Positions 36,593 through 46,139 are shown, numbered from the stretch's first letter. The stretch: 64,000 bases of DNA from a virus (IMGVR_UViG_3300038393_000804:83598-147597), one strand, 5' to 3'. Notes: generated from the sequence alone by a model not told the origin. Made by a program: numbers and translations.

Positions 36593-38674
36593 ATGACTAA
36601 CTTATTCAATGTTTACACTAACGAGGATTCTGTACGTGATGGTTACCCACAATTTGAGGCTGCTGTTCAGGCTCATTTCGATAAGATGATTGATGGCGGC
36701 AAGCAATTGTTCACGACTACTGCAAGAGAAGAGTTGTACGAGTTGTACTTGGCAAACCTTCCAGAGCACAAAGAGGGAACACGCCAGCATTATACTTGTC
36801 ATGGTTGCCGTCAATTCTGGACTCGTTATGGCGGTCTTGTAACGATTGATGCTGATGGAAACCAACGCTCTGCTATTCTTGATTTTGCAAGTGTACCAAC
36901 ATTCTTCGGGCCAGCAGTAGCAGCGATGCAACAAGCTGTACAAAATGCCCGTGTTGATGGTGTATTTATTCCTGATGCTCGTGTATTAGGTACTCCTAAG
37001 ACTGGTGAGTGGACACACGTTCACGTTCGTCTACCAGAAGGAATGGCTAACCGTAGCGTTCTTCGTACTGCTTATCAAGTATCTGCTGCAAAGCGTGAGG
37101 ACTACAATGTTCTACGTCGTGTGTCTTCTCAGCACAATGTTGAAACGGTTGAATCTGTTATTGCTTTATTAAAATCTGAAACGGTTTACCGTGGTGAGCG
37201 TTATGTTCCAGCTGCTGAATGGTTCCGCAATGTGCTAGTTAAGCTTGATACATTTGCAGACCGTAAGCAGAAGGAAAACTTCCTATGGTTAGCAGCAGTA
37301 GGCGCACCAACTGGATTCATTCCATCTAACAGCTCTAACGTTGGTCAAACATTGAATGATATCAATGGCGGCGCATCATTGGCTGAAGCTGGTCGCGCAT
37401 TAGCACAGCGTTTAAATCCAGCAACATTCATGCGTGCTCAGTCTGCTCCAACAGCTAATAAGATTCGTGAAGATGAAAAGATTTTTGCGAAGTTTGTAGA
37501 AGCTGGCCTTGTAAGTGCTGACTCATTAAAGCGTCGTTATGCAAAGATTGAAGAAGTGCCAGCCATGTTCTGGTGGCCTAAGGCAGTAGAGCAAGCTGCA
37601 GCACCAAAAACTACAGGCGGTGTATTCGGTCATTTGACTCCAAAGGATACAAAGCCTAAGCAAGGAAACGTCAGCAATCTTCCATCAACTGTTATGACAT
37701 GGGCTAAGTTCCAAAGAACTGTATTGCCTACGGCTGACAAGATTGAAGCATTGATTGACAATCCTGACCGCTTCATGGCATTGGTTACAGCTGCTGTCGA
37801 AGGCGCACCAAACATGTTGCGTTGGGATAACACATTCAGCTGGTATTATCATGGTGGTGTGGATGCTGAAATCAAAGAGCGTGTTGAAGCAGCGGGCGGA
37901 CGTTATGAAAATAACGACATTCGTGTGTCTCTAGCATGGGAAGGATTTACTGACTTAGACTTGCATGGTGAAACACCATACGGTGAACACATTTACTGGA
38001 GTGACAAGCGTGGTCGTCGAAGCGGCGGTTACCTTGACATTGATATGAATGGCGGTGGTCATCGCAATCCACATCCAGTAGAAAACATTCGCTTTGCAAC
38101 TGGCGCTCCTAACGGACGTTATCGCTTCTATGTTCATAACTTCTGCGAGCGTGGAACTGGTAAGACGGCATTTAAAGTCGAACTTGCATTACGTAATGGC
38201 AAGAAATTCACTTACAACGGCGTATCTGGCTCAACTGGATACCAAGTTGATGTATTTGAATTTGATTATGTCAACGGTGAAGTAAGTCACATTCGTCATG
38301 CAGCTATCACATCTGATGAAAGCTGGACTGCTGGACAAAACACATTCGTTGAAGTAACGGGTATTACCACTTCTCCAAATCTTTGGGGTGAGAAGCAGGC
38401 TCCTGAAGCTGGTAACCACACATTCTTCTTATTGAAAGATGTGAAGGATACATCTGAAGGTGCAGGCCGTGGATTCTTCAACGAGCATTTGATTTCAGAG
38501 CTTCGTGAAATTCGTAGAACGCTTGAGCACTTTGCGGCGAATGCGACAATCGAAGGTGCTGATGAAGCAAGTGCATGTGGTATTGGATTCAATAAAGACC
38601 AAGACTGGAATGTGACACTGAAAGTTACAACTGGTGCCACTACTCAGCTTGTGAAGATTGACCGTTGGGATTAA
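36593..38674 (+). CDS. large hypothetical protein, 693 aa, paired with the downstream AAA+ ATPase
   Basis: AAAAGGAGACG RBS; no motif recognised with confidence. Confidence 0.65.
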   Translation: MTNLFNVYTNEDSVRDGYPQFEAAVQAHFDKMIDGGKQLFTTTAREELYELYLANLPEHKEGTRQHYTCHGCRQFWTRYGGLVTIDADGNQRSAILDFASVPTFFGPAVAAMQQAVQNARVDGVFIPDARVLGTPKTGEWTHVHVRLPEGMANRSVLRTAYQVSAAKREDYNVLRRVSSQHNVETVESVIALLKSETVYRGERYVPAAEWFRNVLVKLDTFADRKQKENFLWLAAVGAPTGFIPSNSSNVGQTLNDINGGASLAEAGRALAQRLNPATFMRAQSAPTANKIREDEKIFAKFVEAGLVSADSLKRRYAKIEEVPAMFWWPKAVEQAAAPKTTGGVFGHLTPKDTKPKQGNVSNLPSTVMTWAKFQRTVLPTADKIEALIDNPDRFMALVTAAVEGAPNMLRWDNTFSWYYHGGVDAEIKERVEAAGGRYENNDIRVSLAWEGFTDLDLHGETPYGEHIYWSDKRGRRSGGYLDIDMNGGGHRNPHPVENIRFATGAPNGRYRFYVHNFCERGTGKTAFKVELALRNGKKFTYNGVSGSTGYQVDVFEFDYVNGEVSHIRHAAITSDESWTAGQNTFVEVTGITTSPNLWGEKQAPEAGNHTFFLLKDVKDTSEGAGRGFFNEHLISELREIRRTLEHFAANATIEGADEASACGIGFNKDQDWNVTLKVTTGATTQLVKIDRWD

Positions 38675-38677
38675 GTC

Positions 38678-38884
38678 ATGGAACTAAAAGTTGGCATGGA
38701 AATCGAAAGCTTCTGCGATGGAAGATTCGGACGAGATGGTTACGGCCCTCATGTGATTGTTGCATGGGGCTGGAACTGGCTCTTAGTTCGAGTGAACAAC
38801 AGTTGGTTGGATGTAACAGAGTTTGATAGCAATGAAGAAATGCTAGAGTTAGTGAAGACATGGATGGAAGAAGAAAACTATTAA
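38678..38884 (+). CDS. hypothetical small protein, 68 aa
   Basis: Tightly coupled to the upstream gene. Confidence 0.45.
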   Translation: MELKVGMEIESFCDGRFGRDGYGPHVIVAWGWNWLLVRVNNSWLDVTEFDSNEEMLELVKTWMEEENY

Positions 38885-38906
38885 AAACAAACTGGAGGAA
38901 TTAATT

Positions 38907-40025
38907 ATGAAAATCGTCGGTACTGGTAAAACATTTAGAATTTATGGTGATGACCTTAAAACTTACAACGAACTTCCAGCAGCTACATACAAGGTGGAGT
39001 TCCATCCAATGATGGGCTTTTATTTGACAGAGGTAACAAGCTTTGAAACTACTGAGGAGAAAATCTATGGCTCTCATGCTGAGAAGATTACAAAAGTTTT
39101 GAAATCTTACGAGAAGTTTAATCGTAGCATGGGTATTATCCTTTCTGGTAAAAAAGGCATGGGTAAATCAATGTTCGTTCAATTGATTGCAGAAGCAGTT
39201 GTTGCGAAGGGTATTCCAGTTGTCATGGTTACGAAGGCATTCCCAGGCATTGCTGATTTCATTGAGGAGATTGAACAAGAATGCTTAGTTATCTTTGATG
39301 AATTCGAGAAGATGTTTGCTTCTAATCGTGGTCATCAATTTGGCGGTGGCGGTAATCAACAACAGAATCCTAATGTTGAGAATCAAGACAATCTATTGGG
39401 TCTGTTCGATGGTACATCTCAACAGAAGAGATTGTATGCTATCACTGTTAATGATTTGAATCGAGTAAATGAGTTCATGTTGAGCCGCCCTGGTCGCTTC
39501 CATTATCACATTCGCTTTGACTATCCATCATCTGCTGAGATTCAAGAGTATTTAGGAGATAAGGTTGCTCCAGAATATCATGGCGAAATCAACCATGTTG
39601 TATCATTTGCAAATCGTGTGAAGCTTAACTACGACAGTCTACGTGCAATCGCGTTTGAATTAAATGAAGGGTATTCGTTCAAGGAGGCTATTGGTGACCT
39701 GAACATCTTGAATACAGATGACCAACGTTACAATGTAAAAGTTGTATTCTCTGATGGTAAGTCACATGACCTAAAGAGTCAGCGTTTAGACTTATTCTCT
39801 GAAGAGATTCGATTGGATGGCTATATGGGCAGTGGCAAATACTTCTCATTGAGCTTTAATCCAGCTACGATTGTCGAAGAGGTAACTCAAATGACTGTTC
39901 CTGCTGATGCTATCACGGTGAATGTAACAGATGAAGAGGGAGACCCAACAGAAGAAGTTCAAGTAAGTGGTATTGTTATCAAACAACAATATGATACTGG
40001 TGTGAACTACAAATTAGCATATTAA
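38907..40025 (+). CDS. AAA+ family ATPase, 372 aa
   Basis: Walker A GKKGMGKS and Walker B LVIFDEFE. ACTGGAGGAATT RBS. Confidence 0.7.
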   Translation: MKIVGTGKTFRIYGDDLKTYNELPAATYKVEFHPMMGFYLTEVTSFETTEEKIYGSHAEKITKVLKSYEKFNRSMGIILSGKKGMGKSMFVQLIAEAVVAKGIPVVMVTKAFPGIADFIEEIEQECLVIFDEFEKMFASNRGHQFGGGGNQQQNPNVENQDNLLGLFDGTSQQKRLYAITVNDLNRVNEFMLSRPGRFHYHIRFDYPSSAEIQEYLGDKVAPEYHGEINHVVSFANRVKLNYDSLRAIAFELNEGYSFKEAIGDLNILNTDDQRYNVKVVFSDGKSHDLKSQRLDLFSEEIRLDGYMGSGKYFSLSFNPATIVEEVTQMTVPADAITVNVTDEEGDPTEEVQVSGIVIKQQYDTGVNYKLAY

Positions 40026-40032
40026 TAAATTA

Positions 40033-40061
40033 GGAGAGGGCTTCGGTCTTCTCCTTTTTTT
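40033..40061 (+). terminator. UUCG-loop terminator (GGAGAGGGC-TTCG-GTCTTCTCC plus T7)
   Basis: Read directly; followed by the GTGTGAAGTGGAGGGA element. Confidence 0.7.
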
Positions 40062-40082
40062 GTGTGAAGTGGAGGGATGAGA

Positions 40083-40388
40083 ATGTTCGTTCAAATAATA
40101 GAAGATGGATTTAGCGGCCACTGGTATGATAAAAAGAGGTCTGCCATAGGGAGAGTCTTTGAAGTATGTGACCCAGGAGACCAGTTCTTTAGCGCTTACT
40201 ATTTAGCAACTAGTCCGCATAATGACCAGCAGTTTTCAGAGATGAGAGGAAGAAAGTATACTAATGGCGGAACAGGTTATGGTCAGAGCTATGTTAGCTG
40301 TTGGATTGAGCGAGGGCACGCTGTCCCAGTTGAGAAGGGTGAGACCAGCAATAAGGCCGCAGCCCGAATGTTAGATAAGGAGTGGTGA
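40083..40388 (+). CDS. hypothetical protein, about 101 aa
   Basis: GTGGAGGGATGAGA RBS. Confidence 0.5.
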   Translation: MFVQIIEDGFSGHWYDKKRSAIGRVFEVCDPGDQFFSAYYLATSPHNDQQFSEMRGRKYTNGGTGYGQSYVSCWIERGHAVPVEKGETSNKAAARMLDKEW

Positions 40389-40389
40389 T

Positions 40390-40614
40390 ATGCAAGCTGC
40401 ACAGTACAAAGTTCATGCTAAGTTTCCTGGGCAAGTCATTAGTCATGGTTCTTATGAATGCAAAGATATTGACGAAATCCATGACATCATGTTCATTGTT
40501 GCTGAGAATAACGGAAAGATTACCTGGATTGGTGAGAAGCATTACATAGGGGCTACACCAAATGGTAAGAATATGATGTATGAATACCGCGAAATAAGGG
40601 AGGCATACAAATGA
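40390..40614 (+). CDS. hypothetical protein, 74 aa
   Basis: Tightly coupled. Confidence 0.5.
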   Translation: MQAAQYKVHAKFPGQVISHGSYECKDIDEIHDIMFIVAENNGKITWIGEKHYIGATPNGKNMMYEYREIREAYK

Positions 40615-40892
40615 GACGTTCATCATTGGGTGGTCATATTGCGGGCACTGGAATCGTAGGCCCGACTAGTAAAGAGTTTGATGATTTTACGGTAGAACGT
40701 GGTGTTAAAGTTAGAAGACCTGGCATGTTTGATACTGATAAGTTCAAAGACAAAAAGGAATTTGAAAAGTATGTCAGAGAAATGTCGGGTGATGTGAAGA
40801 TATACAATTTGAAGAAGGATGTCCTTGGCACCTCTACAAAAGATGTATTAGAAGCAAGTAAAAAATTAATTGATGAAAGGACTCCTGAATAG
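40611..40892 (+). CDS. hypothetical protein, 93 aa
   Basis: Overlapping ATGA coupling. Confidence 0.5.
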   Translation: MRRSSLGGHIAGTGIVGPTSKEFDDFTVERGVKVRRPGMFDTDKFKDKKEFEKYVREMSGDVKIYNLKKDVLGTSTKDVLEASKKLIDERTPE

Positions 40893-40912
40893 GGGTCTTT
40901 TTTGATTCCTGG
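40880..40912 (+). terminator. Rho-independent terminator (GACTCC-TGAATA-GGGGTC plus T6)
   Basis: Stem with one wobble pair followed by TTTTTTG. Confidence 0.5.
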
Positions 40913-40926
40913 GGAGGAATGGAGAA

Positions 40927-41430
40927 ATGATTCGAGTTTTTATACTGTCATCGAATCCGTCATCTAGAAAAGCTGTTGCTCATTTACAGGCAGTTGGGCA
41001 AGAATTTGAGGTTCGCAATATGGGGACAGAGCCGTTAACATTTGAGGAACTGAAAGATATCCTAAGCTACACAGAGAACGGAACAGACGACATCATTGCT
41101 AAGAATGGCAAAGTCTATAAGGAATTGTTGGCACGCGGCATTGATGTAGAGTCACTTCCATTATCTAAGCTTTATTTGTATGTCAAATGCAATCCACGTT
41201 TGATTAAAGCACCACTAATCATAGGTAAGGGAATCATGCAGATTGGCTATAATGTGGAAGACTTTAGTGAATTCTATCCTCGTGGAATGCGTTTAAGAGA
41301 ACGGTTATCCAAACTAAAAGCGTTGAGAAGGGAGGACATGGCAAAGATAGCAGCAGGAAAAGAAATTCCTACGGGATACTGGGGGTCAGACAATTGGATT
41401 TCGACATCTTTGGTTTCTGCATCGCAATGA
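40927..41430 (+). CDS. Spx/ArsC-family protein with both redox Cys of the CxxC replaced (SSNPSSRKA), plus a roughly 40-aa C-terminal extension
   Basis: Strong similarity to B. subtilis Spx across EPL..E.K.IL..TE.GTD.II......K.......VES.PL..LY........L..P.II....MQIGYN.ED. Confidence 0.7.
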   Translation: MIRVFILSSNPSSRKAVAHLQAVGQEFEVRNMGTEPLTFEELKDILSYTENGTDDIIAKNGKVYKELLARGIDVESLPLSKLYLYVKCNPRLIKAPLIIGKGIMQIGYNVEDFSEFYPRGMRLRERLSKLKALRREDMAKIAAGKEIPTGYWGSDNWISTSLVSASQ

Positions 41431-41489
41431 TTTGTACTATCGGTATGGTTGTTATGGTTGTTGGTTCTCTACTAACATTGATTTAAGGA

Positions 41490-41675
41490 GTGAAGGATAT
41501 GAAATCAGGTGCTGATATTATTACTATCGGATTAATGGAGCTAGCTTTGATGTGTGGATGCAAGATATCTACTGAAGGAGAAGCATTCATTAATAAAACT
41601 TATACTCAAGCCAGCGAAGAAGATAAGCGTTGGATTGATGAATCATGCACAGAAGTATCCAAAAGGAGGATTTAA
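41490..41675 (+). CDS. hypothetical small protein, 61 aa
   Basis: AAGGAGTGAAGGAT RBS. Confidence 0.45.
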   Translation: MKDMKSGADIITIGLMELALMCGCKISTEGEAFINKTYTQASEEDKRWIDESCTEVSKRRI

Positions 41676-41677
41676 CT

Positions 41678-42394
41678 ATGAAACAAGTACAATATGTAAC
41701 CATTGGTGATGAGTATGCAAAGCGCCTGGGTTATGAAGAACTGGTTGGCTCAATGGCTGTCGTAGACAACGTCTTGAAGGCATTGGTAGGTGTAACGGTT
41801 CTATCGGGCCATCCTGCGATGATAGGCAAGCAGGTAGACATTCATAAGGGTGATGCCATATTGATGCAAGATGAGGCTCCTGAGAAGTTTTATGCGGTGG
41901 CTGATTTCGTAAATGGCACTATCTATTATTCAGGAGATATGGATTTCACAATGAAAGTATCTGAATATGTTGGTATAAATCAGACTCAGATATTCAAAGA
42001 CTTTAAATATATCCATGAACTGCTCGATGAATTGCATGGAACATATCCATTTAAACGTCGTCCAAGTATCTTTGGTTATCAGGAAACAAGAGAGCCAATG
42101 AATTGGGTAGCACTACCATTGGATGATGAATCATGTGAAGTAACAAAGAAATTTCGTGATACTTATATCAGTCAGAAGGCGGCGTATGAAGCCCGTGCTA
42201 AGCGTACAGTAGAGATTGATGCAGAGAAGAAGGCAAAGGTACAAAGCCTGACTGATTCATTCAAGTCTCAGTTAACGGCTCACTTGGCTGATGCACCAGC
42301 AATGATTGATTGGAATCCAGATGATGCAGCTGCTGACTGGGTGGACGCGCACGAACTGTCCGATACAGATGATGATGGCTTGAGTGCAGTGTAG
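41678..42394 (+). CDS. hypothetical protein, about 238 aa
   Basis: AAAAGGAGGAT RBS before the ATG at 41678; the ORF track extends to 41645. Confidence 0.55.
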   Translation: MKQVQYVTIGDEYAKRLGYEELVGSMAVVDNVLKALVGVTVLSGHPAMIGKQVDIHKGDAILMQDEAPEKFYAVADFVNGTIYYSGDMDFTMKVSEYVGINQTQIFKDFKYIHELLDELHGTYPFKRRPSIFGYQETREPMNWVALPLDDESCEVTKKFRDTYISQKAAYEARAKRTVEIDAEKKAKVQSLTDSFKSQLTAHLADAPAMIDWNPDDAAADWVDAHELSDTDDDGLSAV

Positions 42395-42727
42395 GTACAT
42401 TACTACCCATATGGATATACTGGGTCAAGGGTCCAGCCCCCTTAGACCCCCATCTTATAAAGTATATATTGTACGCTATCGTTTCTGCGTGGTCATGCTT
42501 CGCACTCCACGCTAACTCTGTACGCACGCTGTACCTTTTTGGTGGTGGTTTTTCTTTTCTTCCATTTTCTGTAGAATGTAACTCTCTACATCATGCGTCG
42601 TAGAAAAGTCACTCTATATATACTAATAAAGGTTTTTAGAGAAAATTACACCTCGGAAAAAGAAGAAAGTTTATTATGAATATTCTGTGAATTTTCTATC
42701 CCTTGGTACGAAAGGAGTTGAGGCCAT

Positions 42728-42985
42728 TTGCTAGATAGAAAAAATTTACCGTCACAATGGAAGCAAGCTGAGGAAATATTGCGAAAAGAAGGAATTGTCA
42801 GTCTCTATACTGGTGGAGGTGAGAGGTGGAGCAAGGAAGTTGCAACACGATTAGGCAACGCGATTGGTCAGCCTGTAGTCTTTCTTGGAAAGCATCCAGA
42901 AGACAGTGAGGTTTATCAATTCAGTATGAATCTTGGTAATAACAAAGATGCTAAAGTGCTATTAGCAAAAGATGATATTCGCTAG
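42728..42985 (+). CDS. hypothetical protein, 85 aa (TTG start)
   Basis: AAAGGAG RBS. Confidence 0.4.
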   Translation: MLDRKNLPSQWKQAEEILRKEGIVSLYTGGGERWSKEVATRLGNAIGQPVVFLGKHPEDSEVYQFSMNLGNNKDAKVLLAKDDIR

Positions 42986-42997
42986 GAGGTGATTCAG

Positions 42998-43261
42998 ATG
43001 ACGGCAGGTGTTGCCTATAAAGAAGTAGATGTGGCAATTGTATCAGAACATTATTGGTCAAATGATACATGTTGTCCGCACTGTAAGAATTATGCGGCTC
43101 CCGAACTGATTGATGTGATTGATTCTCGTGAAACCCATTTGATTGCAGAAATGAATCTATGTACAGATTGTCATGGTTTATTTTTCGTAGTCGAATTTCC
43201 ATACATCTTGCATCCAATACCAATCATGACTCGGTGGAAAATCCCCGACACGATTAGATAG
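42998..43261 (+). CDS. Cys-rich hypothetical protein (CCPHC...C..CH)
   Basis: TAGGAGGTGAT RBS. Confidence 0.5.
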   Translation: MTAGVAYKEVDVAIVSEHYWSNDTCCPHCKNYAAPELIDVIDSRETHLIAEMNLCTDCHGLFFVVEFPYILHPIPIMTRWKIPDTIR

Positions 43262-43264
43262 GAG

Positions 43265-43504
43265 ATGAGATGGTTGGATACCAAGAAGATAGTGTCAGCA
43301 AGAAAAACATCAATTGGTGCGAAGACATGGATGGTATGCAGTCTATTGATTGAAACAACGATGACCATTGTAACTTGGGCAGCAATCCCATTGTTCTTTA
43401 AGATATGGTCAGTGGTATGTTTGATGATTGATGCATTCTTAATACTCCGTGAATTTGTATTGAATCCAGTAAGACAAAGAAGAGCAATTGGAATTTATGT
43501 GTAA
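43265..43504 (+). CDS. small membrane protein (79 aa), paralog of 28116-28319
   Basis: See the paralog alignment in feature 28116. Confidence 0.55.
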   Translation: MRWLDTKKIVSARKTSIGAKTWMVCSLLIETTMTIVTWAAIPLFFKIWSVVCLMIDAFLILREFVLNPVRQRRAIGIYV

Positions 43505-43508
43505 GGCG

Positions 43509-43536
43509 GCCCCAGCAATGGGGTCTTTTAAATATA
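43509..43536 (+). terminator. Rho-independent terminator (GCCCCA-GCAA-TGGGGT plus CTTTTAAAT)
   Basis: GNRA loop; short stem. Confidence 0.4.
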
Positions 43537-43562
43537 TTAACTATTCGAAGGAGGTTGTCACA

Positions 43563-44042
43563 ATGACAACAAAAACAACTACTCGTAAATCAACTAAGGC
43601 TCCAGCAGCTAAGAAAGAAACTAAGCAAGTTAGTCCACGTATTGCGTTTGACCAAGCTGATAACAATACTCGTCGTGCCACTGGCAGCGGTGCAAAACCA
43701 TTCTGGTACTTGAACCGTAAAGGCGACTTATCTATTGTTACTGATGAGTCAAGCAATGAAGTACTAGGCATTAAGATGATTGATATCTTTGAACCAACTG
43801 AAAATCAAGTGAAGGCTGGTATCCTTTGTAAGGTTCGTCTTCAAACACATGCCGCTACAATTGATAACATCAGCATATTTGCCTCTGATTTTGCAGAGGG
43901 TGATATCTATATGCAGATGGGCGGAGGACGCAACATCGGCTCAGATGAGGCTCCTAAATGGGTGCGTGACTGCAAGTTAACAGCACATGCTAAGGCACAG
44001 ATTCTTAGCTATGTTCATACGTTGCTTGTAATCGAAGAATAA
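43563..44042 (+). CDS. hypothetical protein with a basic Thr/Lys-rich N-terminus (159 aa), paralog of 29651-30211
   Basis: GAAGGAGGTTG RBS; paralogy with 29651. Confidence 0.6.
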   Translation: MTTKTTTRKSTKAPAAKKETKQVSPRIAFDQADNNTRRATGSGAKPFWYLNRKGDLSIVTDESSNEVLGIKMIDIFEPTENQVKAGILCKVRLQTHAATIDNISIFASDFAEGDIYMQMGGGRNIGSDEAPKWVRDCKLTAHAKAQILSYVHTLLVIEE

Positions 44043-44143
44043 AATAGCGGGAGGCCTTCGGGCTTCTCCTGCATAGAGGATACCAGATTTGTTTTCAACT
44101 ACCTCCTTTTGTTGTACCTGGTATCTTCCATGGAGGTGAAGCA

Positions 44144-45574
44144 ATGTCGATGATGGATTTGCCACCACCGCTAAAACCTACAGAAACATTAGAGCTGCTT
44201 AGAGCATACAAGGCGGGGGATGAGGAAGCTAAAGAGAAAGTAATTGAAGGTAATCTCAGGTTGGTAGTGCATATTGCAAAAAAGTATGACAACACAGGAC
44301 TAGACATAGAGGATTTGTTTAGTATTGGATTAATCGGTATGATTAAAGCTGTTCATACTTTTAACACAGAGAAGGAAGTCAAGTTTGCTACATACGCTTC
44401 ACGATGCATCGACAACGAAATCTTGATGTTCCTTCGGAAAGGTAAGAAAATCAAAGCTGAAACGTCCATTGACAGCCCGATAACGACGGATATAGATGGA
44501 CATGAATTAACTTTGATGGATGTCACGCCTGATAAGAACATCCAACATTTCTCAGAAGTGTTTGAATGGAACGATACCATGGCTGAAGTACGAGCTGCAT
44601 TGGAAGGCTTGTCGCCACGGGATAAAGATATTATTCTTATGCGTTACTTTCAAAATCAAACACAACGGGAAGTGTCGGCGGCACTCGATATCTCTCAGTC
44701 CTACATATCAAGGATAGAGAAAAAGATATTGAAGAAAATAAAAAAGACCATTGAGTCTAATCAAGCTAAGGCAGAAAGGAATGAAGAGAAAATGGCTAGA
44801 GGAATTGCACCAGCCAATAAGAAAGAAGTTATTCACTTGTTAAAGACAACGACGATGTCTTACAAAGAAATCAATGAAAAGACAGGCGTACCTTACAGCA
44901 CTATTGCAACGTATGCTCAGAAGCACCGTCCAAAAGAAGTGCGGAAGGAAAAGATGACTAATCATCCAGGCATGGTTCGTGAACATAGCGGGGACACCGA
45001 TAAAGCGGTCCAGTTGTTGGCAGAAGGTAAATATACCTATGCAGAGATATCAAAACAAACAGGTGTCCCAACAGGTAGTCTAACCAGATTACGTCGTTTA
45101 TATGAGAAAGGCGATTACAAATGGGTCAATGAACCTAAGAAACGGGTGGAGATTGAAGTACCAGTTGAAACGCCAGTGATTAATCATCCAGCTTTCATGG
45201 GTGAAAAAGACAAGGAAAGGTTGGTAGAACAAGTGCCTGTTGTAAAACATGAAGTTGAGCAAGTGGAAATCAAGAAGCCTGAACAGCCTGTTGTGAATAT
45301 GGCAGAAGCAATCGAAGAGTTCAAGGCTGAAATCAAAGCCGAGCTTCGTGCAGAAGTTGAAGCAGAGGTTCGCAAGGAGATGGCTGCTGAAAGCGTTGCT
45401 ACAGAGACATCACCAATGGGTAAGATTCAAAAGCTTCTAACATTTAAGTATCATGCTTCGGGCGGGAACGTTCCAACTGAAGATTTCGTAGCTGAAATGA
45501 AAGAGCTGATTAGCATGCTTGAAGAAAGCAATAACGGTTCTATCACATTCACATTAAATGTAGAAGCTGAGTAG
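44144..45574 (+). CDS. sigma-70 family sigma factor resembling sporulation SigF/SigG (regions 2-4), fused to a roughly 270-aa C-terminal extension carrying two extra HTH-like repeats
   Basis: Region 2 IEGNLRLVVHIAKKYDNTGLDIEDLFSIGLIGMIKAVHTFN...KFATYASRCIDNEILMFLRK. Region 4 LSPRDKDIILMRYFQNQTQREVSAALDISQSYISRIEKKILKKIKK. Confidence 0.8.
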   Translation: MSMMDLPPPLKPTETLELLRAYKAGDEEAKEKVIEGNLRLVVHIAKKYDNTGLDIEDLFSIGLIGMIKAVHTFNTEKEVKFATYASRCIDNEILMFLRKGKKIKAETSIDSPITTDIDGHELTLMDVTPDKNIQHFSEVFEWNDTMAEVRAALEGLSPRDKDIILMRYFQNQTQREVSAALDISQSYISRIEKKILKKIKKTIESNQAKAERNEEKMARGIAPANKKEVIHLLKTTTMSYKEINEKTGVPYSTIATYAQKHRPKEVRKEKMTNHPGMVREHSGDTDKAVQLLAEGKYTYAEISKQTGVPTGSLTRLRRLYEKGDYKWVNEPKKRVEIEVPVETPVINHPAFMGEKDKERLVEQVPVVKHEVEQVEIKKPEQPVVNMAEAIEEFKAEIKAELRAEVEAEVRKEMAAESVATETSPMGKIQKLLTFKYHASGGNVPTEDFVAEMKELISMLEESNNGSITFTLNVEAE

Positions 45575-45575
45575 G

Positions 45576-45600
45576 CCCTTCGGGGCCTTCTGCTTTCTGG
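45576..45600 (+). terminator. UUCG-loop terminator (GGCCC-TTCG-GGGCC plus a T-rich tail)
   Basis: Read directly. Confidence 0.5.
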
Positions 45601-45611
45601 GGGGTTAGCAG

Positions 45612-45734
45612 ATGTATGAAGGCAAGACGTTAACAATGTGGGATACATTACAAGCATATTTTTATTTCTTCAGTATCCCAGTTGCACTTATGATTGTACT
45701 TATTTTTATAGCAGTTTGGATATGGAAAAAGTGA
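45612..45734 (+). CDS. small membrane peptide, 40 aa
   Basis: GGGGGG RBS; hydrophobic. Confidence 0.3.
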   Translation: MYEGKTLTMWDTLQAYFYFFSIPVALMIVLIFIAVWIWKK

Positions 45735-45743
45735 GGTGTCGCT

Positions 45744-46139
45744 ATGACATTTAGGGCAGGTGATATTATTGAAATGAGAGACCCTGATGATGTGGAGTAC
45801 GCGGTCACAAAGCCAGGGACAAAATGGATGGCTTACTTTAATGTAGAAGGAGATGCTGCCGAACATTTAATTCGTGTTGGAACCCTATCGCACGATGGCA
45901 TGACACCCGAAGAAATGATTGCGAGGTATGGTAGGGAACACAATCATATTCATCGCACTAGGCGTGTGCAAGATAATATTAAAATCTTTACTGTTCGTAT
46001 TAAAGACTGTCAGCCAGTTGGTAATAATGCCATCTTTAAAAACAAACTTCTTCAAGGTGACATGTGGGAGTACGATGAGCAAAAGAAAAGGGCAGAAGAA
46101 TTGTTTAAGAAGTTTAATAGCTTTAGAATACCATTTTAG
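45744..46139 (+). CDS. hypothetical protein, 131 aa
   Basis: GTGAGGTG RBS. Confidence 0.55.
   Translation: MTFRAGDIIEMRDPDDVEYAVTKPGTKWMAYFNVEGDAAEHLIRVGTLSHDGMTPEEMIARYGREHNHIHRTRRVQDNIKIFTVRIKDCQPVGNNAIFKNKLLQGDMWEYDEQKKRAEELFKKFNSFRIPF

Noticed and set aside
44044-44075. GGGAGGCC-TTCG-GGCTTCTCC stem-loop before the sigma gene
   Set aside because: It resembles the UUCG terminators but has a bulged stem and no T-run (TGCATAG follows). Not called as a terminator.
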